Shown here: piece by piece, positions 13,331 through 23,879 of the stretch | Layout of the letters: each line of letters starts with the position of its first letter | Position numbering within the stretch: position 1 is the first letter of the stretch | NCBI GenBank assembly: GCA_951406725.2 | Contig: OX597817.1 | Coordinates: forward strand, 48,608,001-48,672,000 | Origin: Octopus vulgaris | Lineage: Eukaryota | Length of the DNA stretch: 64,000 bases | Reading direction: 5' to 3' | The notes under the pieces: model-generated | The model's input: the letters and a program-made list of their open reading frames with translations, nothing else | Told to the model about the DNA's origin: nothing | Database searches by the model: none | Program-made: the position numbers and the translations under genes

Positions 13331-14192
13331 ACTTTTGAACCAAGTAGCTGAGAAGCTAGGCCAAATATCTAAGGTAATATTAATAAATGAAAACAAAGAG
13401 AAAAGATAGTGTATTTCATCAGATAGGTTCTTAAATGATTTTATAATACACTGCTGAAAATAACCAAGGAGTTCAGAGAAGGCCATTTTTGTGTGTTGTA
13501 AAAATTAAGTTAAACTTGTATATTTAAATGATTTTCTGGAGAAGTTTCCTCATTTAATAAATTTTTTGTGGACTTAGCATTTAAACCAGCTATATCTGGC
13601 CCAAATATTCTACCGGTTTTGTGTCCAAACTGACCATATCTAGCTTCTCACACCTTCCCTACACTATCACTATAAAGAGAGACAATCACATTATCAAGAT
13701 CTTGAAGCTTATGAGATAATGTATAATTGATTCCAAAGAATGAGAATAAACAAGCAGTATGTTTGACAGAGTAATCTGAATGCTGAAGGGTTGAACTACA
13801 ATGATAATGGAATATTTTGTGTTTGTATTTGGTTTGCAAGATTCTTGATGGGAACACCTGTATTGAAACAGATTCTGTTATAATGAGTTGTGACACACCT
13901 GAAGTACAGAGGGTGAGTCATTGATGAGATTGTAAATGGTGATGAAAGTACTTTGACAAACTAGCTTATTAATTGACTGAATAAATAATTAATCAAACAA
14001 TCAGTTAACTCGTTACATAGTTGACAGATGAAAGTAAAGAAATAGAACAGGTGTGTGTGTTTATTTTGATTTAATGACCCTCTTAAGACACAGCAAAATC
14101 ATAATGGAATATTTAATTTAATTTTCAGTTATACTTGGACACATGAGTGAAATATTTTTCTTTTGTAATCATTTATTTAATCTATTAGTACC

Positions 14193-15078
14193 TTGAGAGA
14201 AATGTTGTACCTAAGAAGCATCAGTTGTGGTGTGCAAGAGAGACGATTGCGCTGGTATCGTCATGTGGCGAGAATGGATGAAGATAGGTGTGTGAGAAAG
14301 TGCCAATCCCTAGCAGTTGAGGGAACCCGTGGAAGAGGTAGACCCAGGAAAACCTGGGATGAGGTGGTGAAGCACGACCTTCGAACGTTAGGTCTCACCA
14401 TGGAAATGACTAGAGACCGAGACCTATGGAAGTATGCTGTGCGTGAGAAGACCCGGCAAGACTAGTGAAGCCATAACCCGTGGCCCCTACCTGGGACGTA
14501 GTCAGTCCACCTGTGCATACCTTCCTTCTTGTGACACTTGTGAAGACCTGTTGAGGCAAGTGAAAATCAAATCAAATCAAACCAAATCAAAATAGATGAA
14601 CATCAATGGAATTTGTATCTTTGTAGTACCAGTGCCGGTGGCACATAAGAAAACCATCTGAACGTGGCCGTAGCCAGTACCGCATCGACTGGCCTCCGTG
14701 TTGTGGGCACGTAACAAACACCATCCGATCGTGGCCGTTCGCCAGCCTCGTCTGGCACCTGTGTCGGTGGCACATAAAAAACACCATCCGAGCGTGGCCG
14801 TCTGCCAGCCTTGTCTGGCACCTGTGTCGGTGGCACATAAAAAACACCATCCGAGCGTGGCCGTCTGCCAGCCTCGTCTGGCACCCGTGTCGGTGGCACA
14901 TAAAACCACCCACTACACTCTCGGAGTGGTTGGCGTTAGGAAGGGCATCCAGCTGTAGAAACACTGCTAGATCTGACTGGCCCGGTGCAGCCTTCGGGCT
15001 CGCCAGACCCCAGTTGAACCGTCCAACCCATGCTAGCATGGAAAGCGGACGTTAAACGATGATGATGATGGTGATGAT
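14193..15078 (+). mobile_element. 5'-truncated RTE-clade LINE (ORF C-terminus, 3' UTR with ~61-bp tandem repeats, (GAT)n tail)
   Basis: ERRLRWYRHVARMDEDRCVRKC...GRGRPRKTWDEVVKHDL...DRDLWK. The 3' UTR ends GGACGTTAAACGATGATG. This 3' end recurs many times in the window. Confidence 0.85.
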
Positions 15079-15469
15079 TATATGATAAATGACCAATTAA
15101 CAAATCAGGAGAGATGTGAGAGGCATTGAGAGTATTCATTTATCATATACAGCTGTAATTTTATGGCCATGAAAACTGGATGGAAGACAACAGGGCCGCT
15201 TCCAAGCCATTCTGTTTGAGGAATTCAGAAGACTGATATGTGTTTTCAGCAGTCTAAGTTATACAAAGACCATCATTGCAAAGAAATTCACCAAAGTAGC
15301 AATAACAAAATAATTTGATAAAGGAAGTTGACCTGACTAGAAAATCTGCCTCAACAAATTTTGTCTGACCCATGCAAGCTTGAAAACTGGGCATTAAATG
15401 ATGATGAGGTGTACTTGTAATGTCTGTCAGGCATTTGAGTTCATAAAAACATTTTCAGTGGCAGAGAAA

Positions 15470-15563
15470 AGATGTTGAAAGGAATGTTTATAGAGCAAAG
15501 GATGAAGATGTTGAAAGGAATGTTTATAGAGCAAAGGATGAAGATGTTGAAAGGAATGTTTAC
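15470..15563 (+). repeat. 36-bp tandem repeat (~2.6 units)
   Basis: AGATGTTGAAAGGAATGTTTATAGAGCAAAGGATGA repeated. Confidence 0.85.
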
Positions 15564-15564
15564 A

Positions 15565-15962
15565 GTGGTGAGCTGGCAGAAACGTTAACACGACAGGCGA
15601 AAAGCTTGGCGGTATTTCGTCTGCCATTACGTTCTGAGTTCAAATTCCGCTGTGGTCGACTTTGCCTTTCATCCTTTTGGAATCGATAAATTAGGTACCA
15701 GTTATGCACTGGGTTTGATGTAATCGACTTAATACCTATGTCTGTCCTTGTTTAGCCCTTTGTGGGTAATAAAGAAATAGGTATTTCGTCTGCCATTACG
15801 TTCTGAGTTCAAATTCCACCGAGGTCGACTTTGCCTTTCATCCTTTCAGGGTTGACAAATTAAGTACCTGTTACGCACTGGGGTCGATGTAATTGACTTA
15901 ATCCGTTTGTCTGTCCTTGTTTGTCCCCTCTATGTTTAGCCCCTTGTAGGCATTAAAGAAAT
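15565..15962 (+). mobile_element. SINE family B, dimeric copy. Other copies 1687-1850(-), 7975-8172(-), 22178-22390(+), 28349-28578(+), 29297-29519(-), 44698-44925(+), 59845-60281(-), 60473-60688(+), 63754-64000(-)
   Basis: Head GGCGAGCTGGCAGAA.CGTTAGCA, B-box GAGTTCAAATTCC, core GAGGTCGACTTTGCCTTTCATCCTTTCGGGGTCGATAAA (Meta/MESC-like domain by recollection). The body is tandemly duplicated here. Confidence 0.88.
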
Positions 15963-16980
15963 AATGAATGTTTATAGAGCGCTGGTACCTAATCTGACTT
16001 TCTTCTTAGGCTGCCCATGCATTGGTAGAAAGGTTGACTGTTTTTGTTCAGAAATCATCCCTGGCAGGTACACATATGGGCTGCAAGTCCTGCTTTTGAT
16101 CTGTAGCAGCGATGACATCTGCTGCGGATGAAGCTACTTGACTGATCTGACCAGAACTAGCTTGATCTGGAATGTAACAGCTCATGCTGGCCATCCCCAT
16201 CATTGGGGGGTAGATTTAATCAGTTGCCCAGTGTAACACCAGACCAGTTCTCTGCTTTGAGGATACATTTCTGACATTCCTCCTTTCAATCCCAGAGGCC
16301 TTGTAAAGAGTCATAGGCACTATCTCTTTCCTATTTACTTTTTTTCTTTTGATCTTTTAGGAGAAACAACAATGCCCAAGATCCTTTACAAGGTCTTTAA
16401 AACTAGTGGGAGGGAGAGAGAGAGAGAGAGGGAGGAAGATATCCTTAAAGACACATAACCAAAATGCTTACAACTAACTGTGCTTAAAACACTCAACACT
16501 CAAGATATCTGGTAGTGACATGGCTTCTTAGGCTGGATGTCCCTCCTAATGCCCACAGCTTTACTGTGTATATTGAGTACTTTTTATGTGGCACCACATA
16601 ATGTATATCACTGGCAACTCCTCTTCAAACTACATGTAATAGTAGTAGTAGTAGTGGTGTGGTGCACTACTAACTAGCTATATCCAGTCCTAATTTATTG
16701 GTTTCAAATTGTAGCACAAGGCCAGCAATTCATTTTTTGGAGATGGTGAAGTCAATTACTTTTCTTAATCAACCCTGAAAGGACAAAAGGCAAAGTCGAC
16801 TTTGGTGGAATTTGAACTTAGAATGCAAAAACAGTGCTGCTAAACATTAGCCCTGTGTGCAAATGATTCTACTAGCTTGCCACCTTATCCACAATTTTAA
16901 TTTAATTTGATTAGGTACAATACTAATTTTAAAAATAGGTGTATGGTCAATTGAATATGTTTTTACACATAAGTATATCA

Positions 16981-17390
16981 TAGGTGCAGGAGTGGCTGTG
17001 TGGCAAGTAGCTTGCTTACCAACCACATGGTTCCGGATTCAGTCCCACTGCGTGGCACCTTGGGCAAGTGGCTTCTACTATAGCCTCAGGCCAACCAAAG
17101 CCTTGTGAGTGAATTTGGTAGATGGAAACTGAAAGAAGCCCGTCGTATATATGTATGTGTGTGTATGTGTTTGTATGTCTGTGTCTGTCCCCCTAACATC
17201 GCTTGACAACCGATGCTGGTGTGTTTACATCACCGTAATCTAGCAGTTCGGCGAAAGAGACAGATAGAATAAGTACTGGGCTTACAAAGAATAAGTTCTG
17301 GGGTAGATTTGCTCAACTAAAGGCAGTGTTCCAGCATGGCCGCAGTCAAATGACTGAAACAAGTAAAAGAGTAAAAAAAGTAAAAAGAGT
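16981..17390 (+). mobile_element. tRNA-derived SINE family A (~400 bp with central TA/TG microsatellite). About 20 copies, e.g. 2653-3058(-), 4740-5145(+), 7090-7462(-), 9033-10685(+), 10706-11041(+), 17690-18108(-), 27636-28007(+), 30041-30440(-), 58667-59060(-), 59203-59578(+), 60916-61325(+)
   Basis: Head AGGCGCAGGAGTGGCTGTGTGGTAAG...GGTTCAGTCCC with A/B-box-like motifs, and tail ...GACTGAAACAAGTAAAAGAG, repeated throughout the window. Confidence 0.9.
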
Positions 17391-17397
17391 ATAGAAG

Positions 17398-17686
17398 CAG
17401 TGGTGGACAGGGTCTAAAAATATAGATTGCCAGGAGACTAAGGGGGCCCATTCGCTACTACAATGCTATCATTTTTTTTTTTTGTGTTAGAAGTATTCTT
17501 TTCAGCTGTCTACAAACACAGTCAGGCCGAAATAATTAATGCATTTTTCCAGGAGTGAATAAAAAATTCTCAAACTTGAGAAGATGGGCCCCTTACATGC
17601 TAACACGAGCCCCCATATATGGGTTCTAATGGCGTAGGGATCCATTTGCCATCGGGCAAGCTGGCAACCTGGCCAGTCCGCCACTC
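17398..17686. mobile_element. Possible hAT-like MITE remnant
   Basis: CAGTGGTGGACAGG at the left end and CCAGTCCGCCACT at the right end form imperfect inverted termini. Confidence 0.4.
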
Positions 17687-18949
17687 TTTACACTTTTACT
17701 CTTTTACTTGCCTCAGTCATTTGACTGTGGCCATGCTGGAGCACCACCTTTAGTCGAGCTAATCAACCCCAGGACTTATTCTTTGGAAGCCTAGTACTTA
17801 TTCTATCAGTCTTTTTTGCCGAACAGCTAAGTTACGGGGGCGTAAACACACCAGCATCGGTTGTCAAGCGATGTTGGGGGGACAAACACAGACACACAAA
17901 CAGATACACATACATACCTATATATATATATATATATATATAACAGGCTTCTTTCAGTTTCCATCTACCAAATCCACTCACAAGGCTTTGCTCGGCCCGA
18001 GGCTATAGTAGAAGACACTTGCCCAAGGTGCTGCCATGCAGTGCGACTGAACCCAGAACCATGAGGTTCGTAAGCAAGGTACTTACCACACAGCAACTCC
18101 TGCACCTGTATAGAAATATATTATCGAAGTCATCTCTCTCCCAGCAATCGTATCCTATTTTTAAAGAAAGACTGAATAATGTAATCCTAGATTCACTAGG
18201 TCTGAATAAAAAAACAAAAACAACCCAAACCTACTGGATAATGATGGCTGATATTCATTTGATTATAGGTCTATGATTAAGGCTGGCTTTAGATATTAGA
18301 GTGACATCAACAGTGGGAAGAAGGTTAAGCTGTGTTTGGAATTGAACTTAGAATGGCAAGTTCCAAATTTGCTACTATAGTTATCCTCCCCAACATCTCC
18401 ACTGCTCTTCTTTAGCACGCTGACAGCGAGCTTAAGTATAAGCTACAGAACGGAAGTTGATAATGTCCTCTAACTTGGAATTGAAACTGGCTTGGCTTGC
18501 TCTCAATCCCACCATTTGAGTTGTGGAAAAAGAAAAGTTAAAAAGAAAATAAAACGTCATATTTGCTATTTTTTAAAAGTTTAATAGTAAACTTTAAAAT
18601 TCCGTCTTTCCAGCTATGACCAACCTATATATTTAGTGTTGTATACTTACAATTTCGTTTCAACATTTAGATCCTTTTCCCTTTTATTAAATACCCCCTT
18701 AACGACCATTAAGTCTTTTTGTATATGTCTATCTAACTTAAAAGAAACCTTTACCTTTTCATTGTTTAGTCTGCTGCTACGTCGATTTGTATTTTAAATA
18801 AACTGCTTTGCTATTCTAGAACACATATCCTAATATTATTTTATATGTATATTTCCTGAATAATACTGGTATGTATATCTATTTAGATTTTCCTATTCTT
18901 CTGCAAGTTTCCCGGGTGATATGTGGCCAACTGCTATAAATTTACTGCT

Positions 18950-19255
18950 GTCACTTGTTGAACTACTTGGCTGATTTAGTTACTCACCTGTCCTTACCTG
19001 TAGATAACAAGCATAAACAATATAGTGACTTCAAATATAGGTAGGTAGCCAGCCTGACTGCTTGATCGTTGTCAGTTTCCTGTGTCTCGTCAGAGCAAGC
19101 AGCCAATCGTATATAAGGCGGCCATCAAAGCAATTATATTATATCGACAATAACTTGAGGTTAATTTTCACCTCAGATATATTAAATATATGTAGTATAG
19201 ATCAACGTAGGAACATTTACCTGTCGATAAGAGAGACCTTCGATATTGTTTGAAC
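18950..19255 (+). promoter_or_regulatory. Putative promoter / 5' region of exon B
   Basis: Repeat-free, CpG-retaining region. CACCTG at 18985, TACCTG at 18995, AGATAA, and CCAAT near 19103 followed by TATATAAG near 19111. Confidence 0.5.
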
Positions 19256-19511
19256 ATGTCGAGTTCTCGAATGTTTATATATGGCTTTTCCCTGACCGGT
19301 TTAGCCTTTTTTTTAATGGTTATAGCTTTCTCCAGTCCAAACTGGCTGGAATCTTTCGAACAGGCCAACAATAAATTCGTGAAACTCGGCCTTTGGGAAA
19401 CTTGTTTCAATGATTATACATTTTATCAAGACTACCAAGGTAAACGCTACAAAGGTTGCTGGTATATTTTCTCCTACGAATATAGACCCATCTGGGAGTG
19501 GCTGTCACCTC
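19256..19511 (+). CDS. Claudin-superfamily gene, first coding exon variant B: N-terminus, TM1 and ECL1
   Basis: MSSSRMFIYGFSLTGLAFFLMVIAFSSPNWLES...KLGLWETC-x17-GCWYIFSYEYRPIWEWLSP. Donor CCTC|GTAAGT at 19511/19512, phase 1 (256 nt). Confidence 0.9.
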
Positions 19512-20477
19512 GTAAGTCCATAACTTTTTTTTCTTCCTCTCTTCTTAAATTCTTTCTGTAGTTGCTCACGTATTAACGAAAATTAGGTCGACAAAGATAT
19601 TATGGTCTAATTGTGTCGACCGTTTTATTCTATGTTGCACTGTTTCAAAATTTCGTTTTCATGTGATATTCTTTTCTATATAGATATAAAAAGGAAATCG
19701 TAAAGTATAATTAACTAACCATCAAGTTAGTAAATTTCCTAGGAATTGGTGTCACGTTAGTTACCTGTTTACACCTTTAATTAATCATCACCAAAATATG
19801 GCGATATATGAAACTTTGAAATTAGTTTAGTTATAAACAACGGTCATTGAGTTATTTTCCGATAGTAAAGCAAAGAACTTTCTCAATATTAATAGATTTT
19901 AAATAAGTTCGTTTGTTAATTTGATATTTTTAAATATATTTTCCTTTTGTAACTTATAAAATATTGCCACCACGCATTGATCCAATTTAGTTATGTATTA
20001 TAGCGACATTAGATTAAATGCGTGTTTATGAATTGTTTTATTTCACCTGTAATTAAAATCGTAACACAAGAAATGGCGATTATATTTATAAAGATACAGG
20101 TAAGACAATAGACTATCAAATAATTCGTTATTTATTATCGACAATTCGTTATTAAAAATATCCATCAACAGGTGATTTATTACACCTGTAACTTAACGAC
20201 AAGGGCTGTGACGGTTATAATTTTCTAAAACACTTGGAAAATGGGGGAAAAAAAGTAAATAAAACTGTGCGACGAACTTCGCCATGTCGGCTTATATTTA
20301 CAGATCTTGCACTGATACGTGGGTATTAGGATTTATATTTTACTAACCGAAATTAACTTTGGTTAATACTTGTTCAAGAGTTTTTAGTTCACAGAGGCTT
20401 TGTCGTGTGCGCGCGCGTCAGCGTGTATAGGCATGGATATATATATATATATATATATATTTACACACACACACACA

Positions 20478-21693
20478 CGGAGAAGGTACGTAAGATATTT
20501 GAGGACAGATTTACGTTTATAAAAAAGAGCCATATATAATAACAGATAACTTTATCAAAAAATGCTATGAAACTAAAAATAAACCATTTCTATAATGTTA
20601 TTCAATAAAGCCATCTTCAGCATCAAAAACTGCTTTTATACGAGATCTAAATCATCTACATGCTCGAATCAAGTGGTCCTGGTTCATTCTGGACCTTATT
20701 CTGACTATGGCAGCTTTGTTGTTATGGGTGTGCTCATTGACCTCTCTCGCAACAACACTTCACATATAATAGTCCAATGGATCGAGATCTGGGGAATTAG
20801 GAGGCCAAATGTATGGGTTGTGTGATCATGAAAGTTTTCAACCATCCATTCCTATGTTACTAGAGCCATGTGTAATAGGGCACAGTCGCACTGAAACAGA
20901 TATGACCTTCCACTGTTTACACTGTCTATCTAGGGCTTAAATATTATTTCCAGGACCTCAATGTAGGCAGAAGTAGAGAAGGGGGGTATCACATGTCCTT
21001 CATTGCTGACAACCCCTAAAACCATGACATTTGCAAGACATTTTGTATGCATAACACTTGGAACTTCAGAAGGGCCTGCACATAACCATCATTTCTTCTG
21101 TTAACGTTTTGATCCTGGTCGGATTTTTTCTCGTTTGGGAGAAACCAAATCAAATCTTCTTCTACTGGATATTTCAGTTTGTTTAAGAGCCTTTTAGATC
21201 TGATGTAGTGATTTTCTTTTGCTTTTTCTGACAAATTGACCTTTCCTCATCATGTAAGACATCATCTGATGTCTTTGTGGACAGCATTTCTGACTGTTCC
21301 TTCTTACACATGGAGGTCTTTTGCAATTGACCTCATGAACTATCTGGGATTGTAATCAATAGTCTGTTGAGCTTGCTGGATAAATTGAGGTGTCCTAATG
21401 ATTTTAGAGTGTTTAGAATGCTTTTTATGTTTCAATACTGGTAATACGTTTCAATCTTCAGTCTCTAGCTCCTTACAAAACTTTGTAGATGAAAGATTTG
21501 GCAACTTTTAAAAATCAAGATATTTCTAAATCGCTATGCTCAGCCTTTATAACCACAATAACAACATGCCTCTTCATTTCTTGAGTAAGCTGAGTGTCTG
21601 CCATTATTATTTTCTGAGGCAAAGATTATACAGAGATAGCAAAAATGCATCAATGACCTCAAAAATGTGTCCTCAAATACCTTACACAGCCTG
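20478..21693 (-). mobile_element. Decayed Tc1/mariner (maT / DD37D-like) element
   Basis: Imperfect TIRs (GTAAG.TATTTGAGGACA). Minus-strand WPPNSPDLDPLDYY at about 20770-20810 and degenerate IWF..DEK...DQ..NRRND near 21100. Confidence 0.72.
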
Positions 21694-21726
21694 TATGCAT
21701 CATACAGCCTGTATACAAATATATAT

Positions 21727-21757
<31 letters not shown>

Positions 21758-22391
21758 TATGTATATATATATTGTATAAAAGATCGTGGATAAGGCCAGA
21801 ACAATGTGAAGTAAATGCCAGGCAAATAACATGAAAAGAAATATATGAATTAATGTAGACTTACCTTGCATTCAGTAATTTGGGGTTATGACCTCATTTT
21901 CAAGAAATCAATGAATGTTGCCGATGTGCTTGTGTGTGAGTATATGAAATAATTATTAGGGCACGAAGCTGAAAGAACCCTCAGAGCATCAAGCATAATA
22001 TTTCTTTGGGTCTTTACATTCTGAGTTCAAATCCTGATGAGGTAACATTGTCATTTGTCATTCCAGGTCAATAAAATAAAGTACCAATCAAGTATTGGGT
22101 TGATAGTATCAACTAATTCTCTCCCCTCAAAATTTATGGCATTGTGTCTATAGTAGAAAGAGTTATTATTATTATTAAGGCAGCAAGCTAGCAGAATCTT
22201 TAGCATGCCGGGCAAAACGCTTAGCAGCATTTCGTCCATCTTTACGTTCTGAGTTCAAATACCACTGGGATTGACTTTGCCTTTCATCTTTTCGGGTTTC
22301 GATAAAATAAATACCAGTTGAGTACTTGGTCTTTGTAATCAACTGATGCCCTCCCCACGAATTTTCAGTCCATGTGCCTATAGTTGAAAGG

Positions 22392-22430
<39 letters not shown>

Positions 22431-22728
22431 AACAAGCACAAAAGTTACACAGTTGATTAAAAATCTTAAAATCAACTAGATGTTGTACAATCATAAATGA
22501 ACAAAAGGATAAGGAACCTGAACTGCAGCCTCCTTGGTGGTTTGGAATGGCAGTTAAATACATTTCAAATATTTCAGCATGGTTCCTCATGTTTAAGTGC
22601 TAAGTGGACGATGAACATTTAGTCATAATATTTCCTGTTAAAAAAATCAACTGTATAGGTACATACTGATGATTCTTTTTATAGTACAATGTGTATTATG
22701 TACTTTAAGAGCATATAAAAAATGTACA

Positions 22729-23295
22729 GTTCTATATTTAAGTGATGAGGAATTATTATTTACATTTGATGGATATTTGGTCCTCATCTTGTTTGTTGTT
22801 AACACAACATTTTGGCTGATATACCCTACAGCCTTCTTCAGGTGTCTTGGGGAAATTTTGAACCTGGATTGTCATTCCTAAGGTATTTTTCAATGTTGTT
22901 GTTATTATTATTATTATTGTTATTTTTCAGGTCACTGCTTGGAATCGAACTCAGAATCTTGTGGTTAGTAGCCTGTGCTCTTAACCACTATGCCACTTAA
23001 CCACTTAAGTGGTGTAATGGTTAACCTCTACACACTATGCCCACAGGCATATGGCGTAGTGGTTAAGACCATGGGCTACTAACCCCAAGATTCCGAGTCC
23101 GATTCCAAGCAGTAACCTGAACAATAACAACAACAATAATAATAATAACATCGAAAAATATCTTAGGAATGAGAACCCAGGTTCGAAATTTCCCCAAGAC
23201 ACCTGAAGAAGGCTGGAGAGTATATCAGCTGAAATGTAGTGTTAATAACAAACAAGATGAGGACAAATATCCGTCAAATGTAAATAATGTAAATT
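22729..23295. mobile_element. Head-to-head inverted pair of a tRNA-headed, hammerhead-bearing element
   Basis: 22750-22995 is the reverse complement of 23052-23290. Each copy has a tRNA-like head (TGGCGTAGTGGTTAAG...GAGTTCGATTCC), an (AAT/AAC)n tract and GACAC-CTGAAGA-AGGCTG..CAGC(C)-GAAA..GTGTT. Confidence 0.8.
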
Positions 23296-23716
23296 TAAAA
23301 AATGTATTTTGGAAGGTTATTGTTGATTTATGATTAGCAAATTTTTGCCAACCATTTTACATTGTGCTTGTCATAAATTAATTAAAAATAAATTATGTCC
23401 TTGCACCATAATTTTCTAGCAGAGTGTAGATCCACATAAGACTTACGAAACAAATATTAAACGGATACCTTTTGACTTGACACTACGCAGACACAATAAA
23501 AATTGCCAATTTGACAATTTTTTTCAACTTCAGAAGGCTTGAGTAGTCACAAAACTCGTTTTAGAGCCCTGTCACTTTGTATATCTCATTTTTCATCCAC
23601 CAGCACCACATGAGACAATGATCCCTTAGAAAAAATTTTGACCCTGAAAACAGGACACCCTAATATATGTACACACACATACATATATATCATCATTCAT
23701 AATGATTGATGAAAAC

Positions 23717-23761
<45 letters not shown>

Positions 23762-23879
23762 TACATACATCTGGCATCTACCCTATCATAAGGACTCAAG
23801 GCATATCCAATTTGAATTTCCATAAAGCAACCTGGAAATCAATCTGCAAAGAGGTTCACAAAACTGGTTTGACAGTCTG

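Noticed and set aside
14120-14196. Acceptor-like ttttcag as a private exon 2 for exon A
   Set aside because: The frame closes after about 22 codons at the RTE insertion and shows no similarity to the WF...Q TM2 motif.
14577-15039. Repeat-containing ORFs and a superficially CRISPR-like array
   Set aside because: Tandem ~61-bp units in an RTE 3' UTR with no unique spacers, in a eukaryotic context with no cas genes.
16340-16420. Strong acceptor-like site (ttttgatcttttag) as a private exon 2 for exon A
   Set aside because: Phase-1 joining creates TGA immediately, and the downstream sequence is not a hydrophobic claudin TM2.
23050-23120. Possible tRNA gene (also 6460-6525, 41000-41085, 41845-41910, 52455-52525)
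   Set aside because: tRNA-like heads of repeats that continue into SINE bodies; the cloverleaf is degenerate and there is no Pol III terminator.
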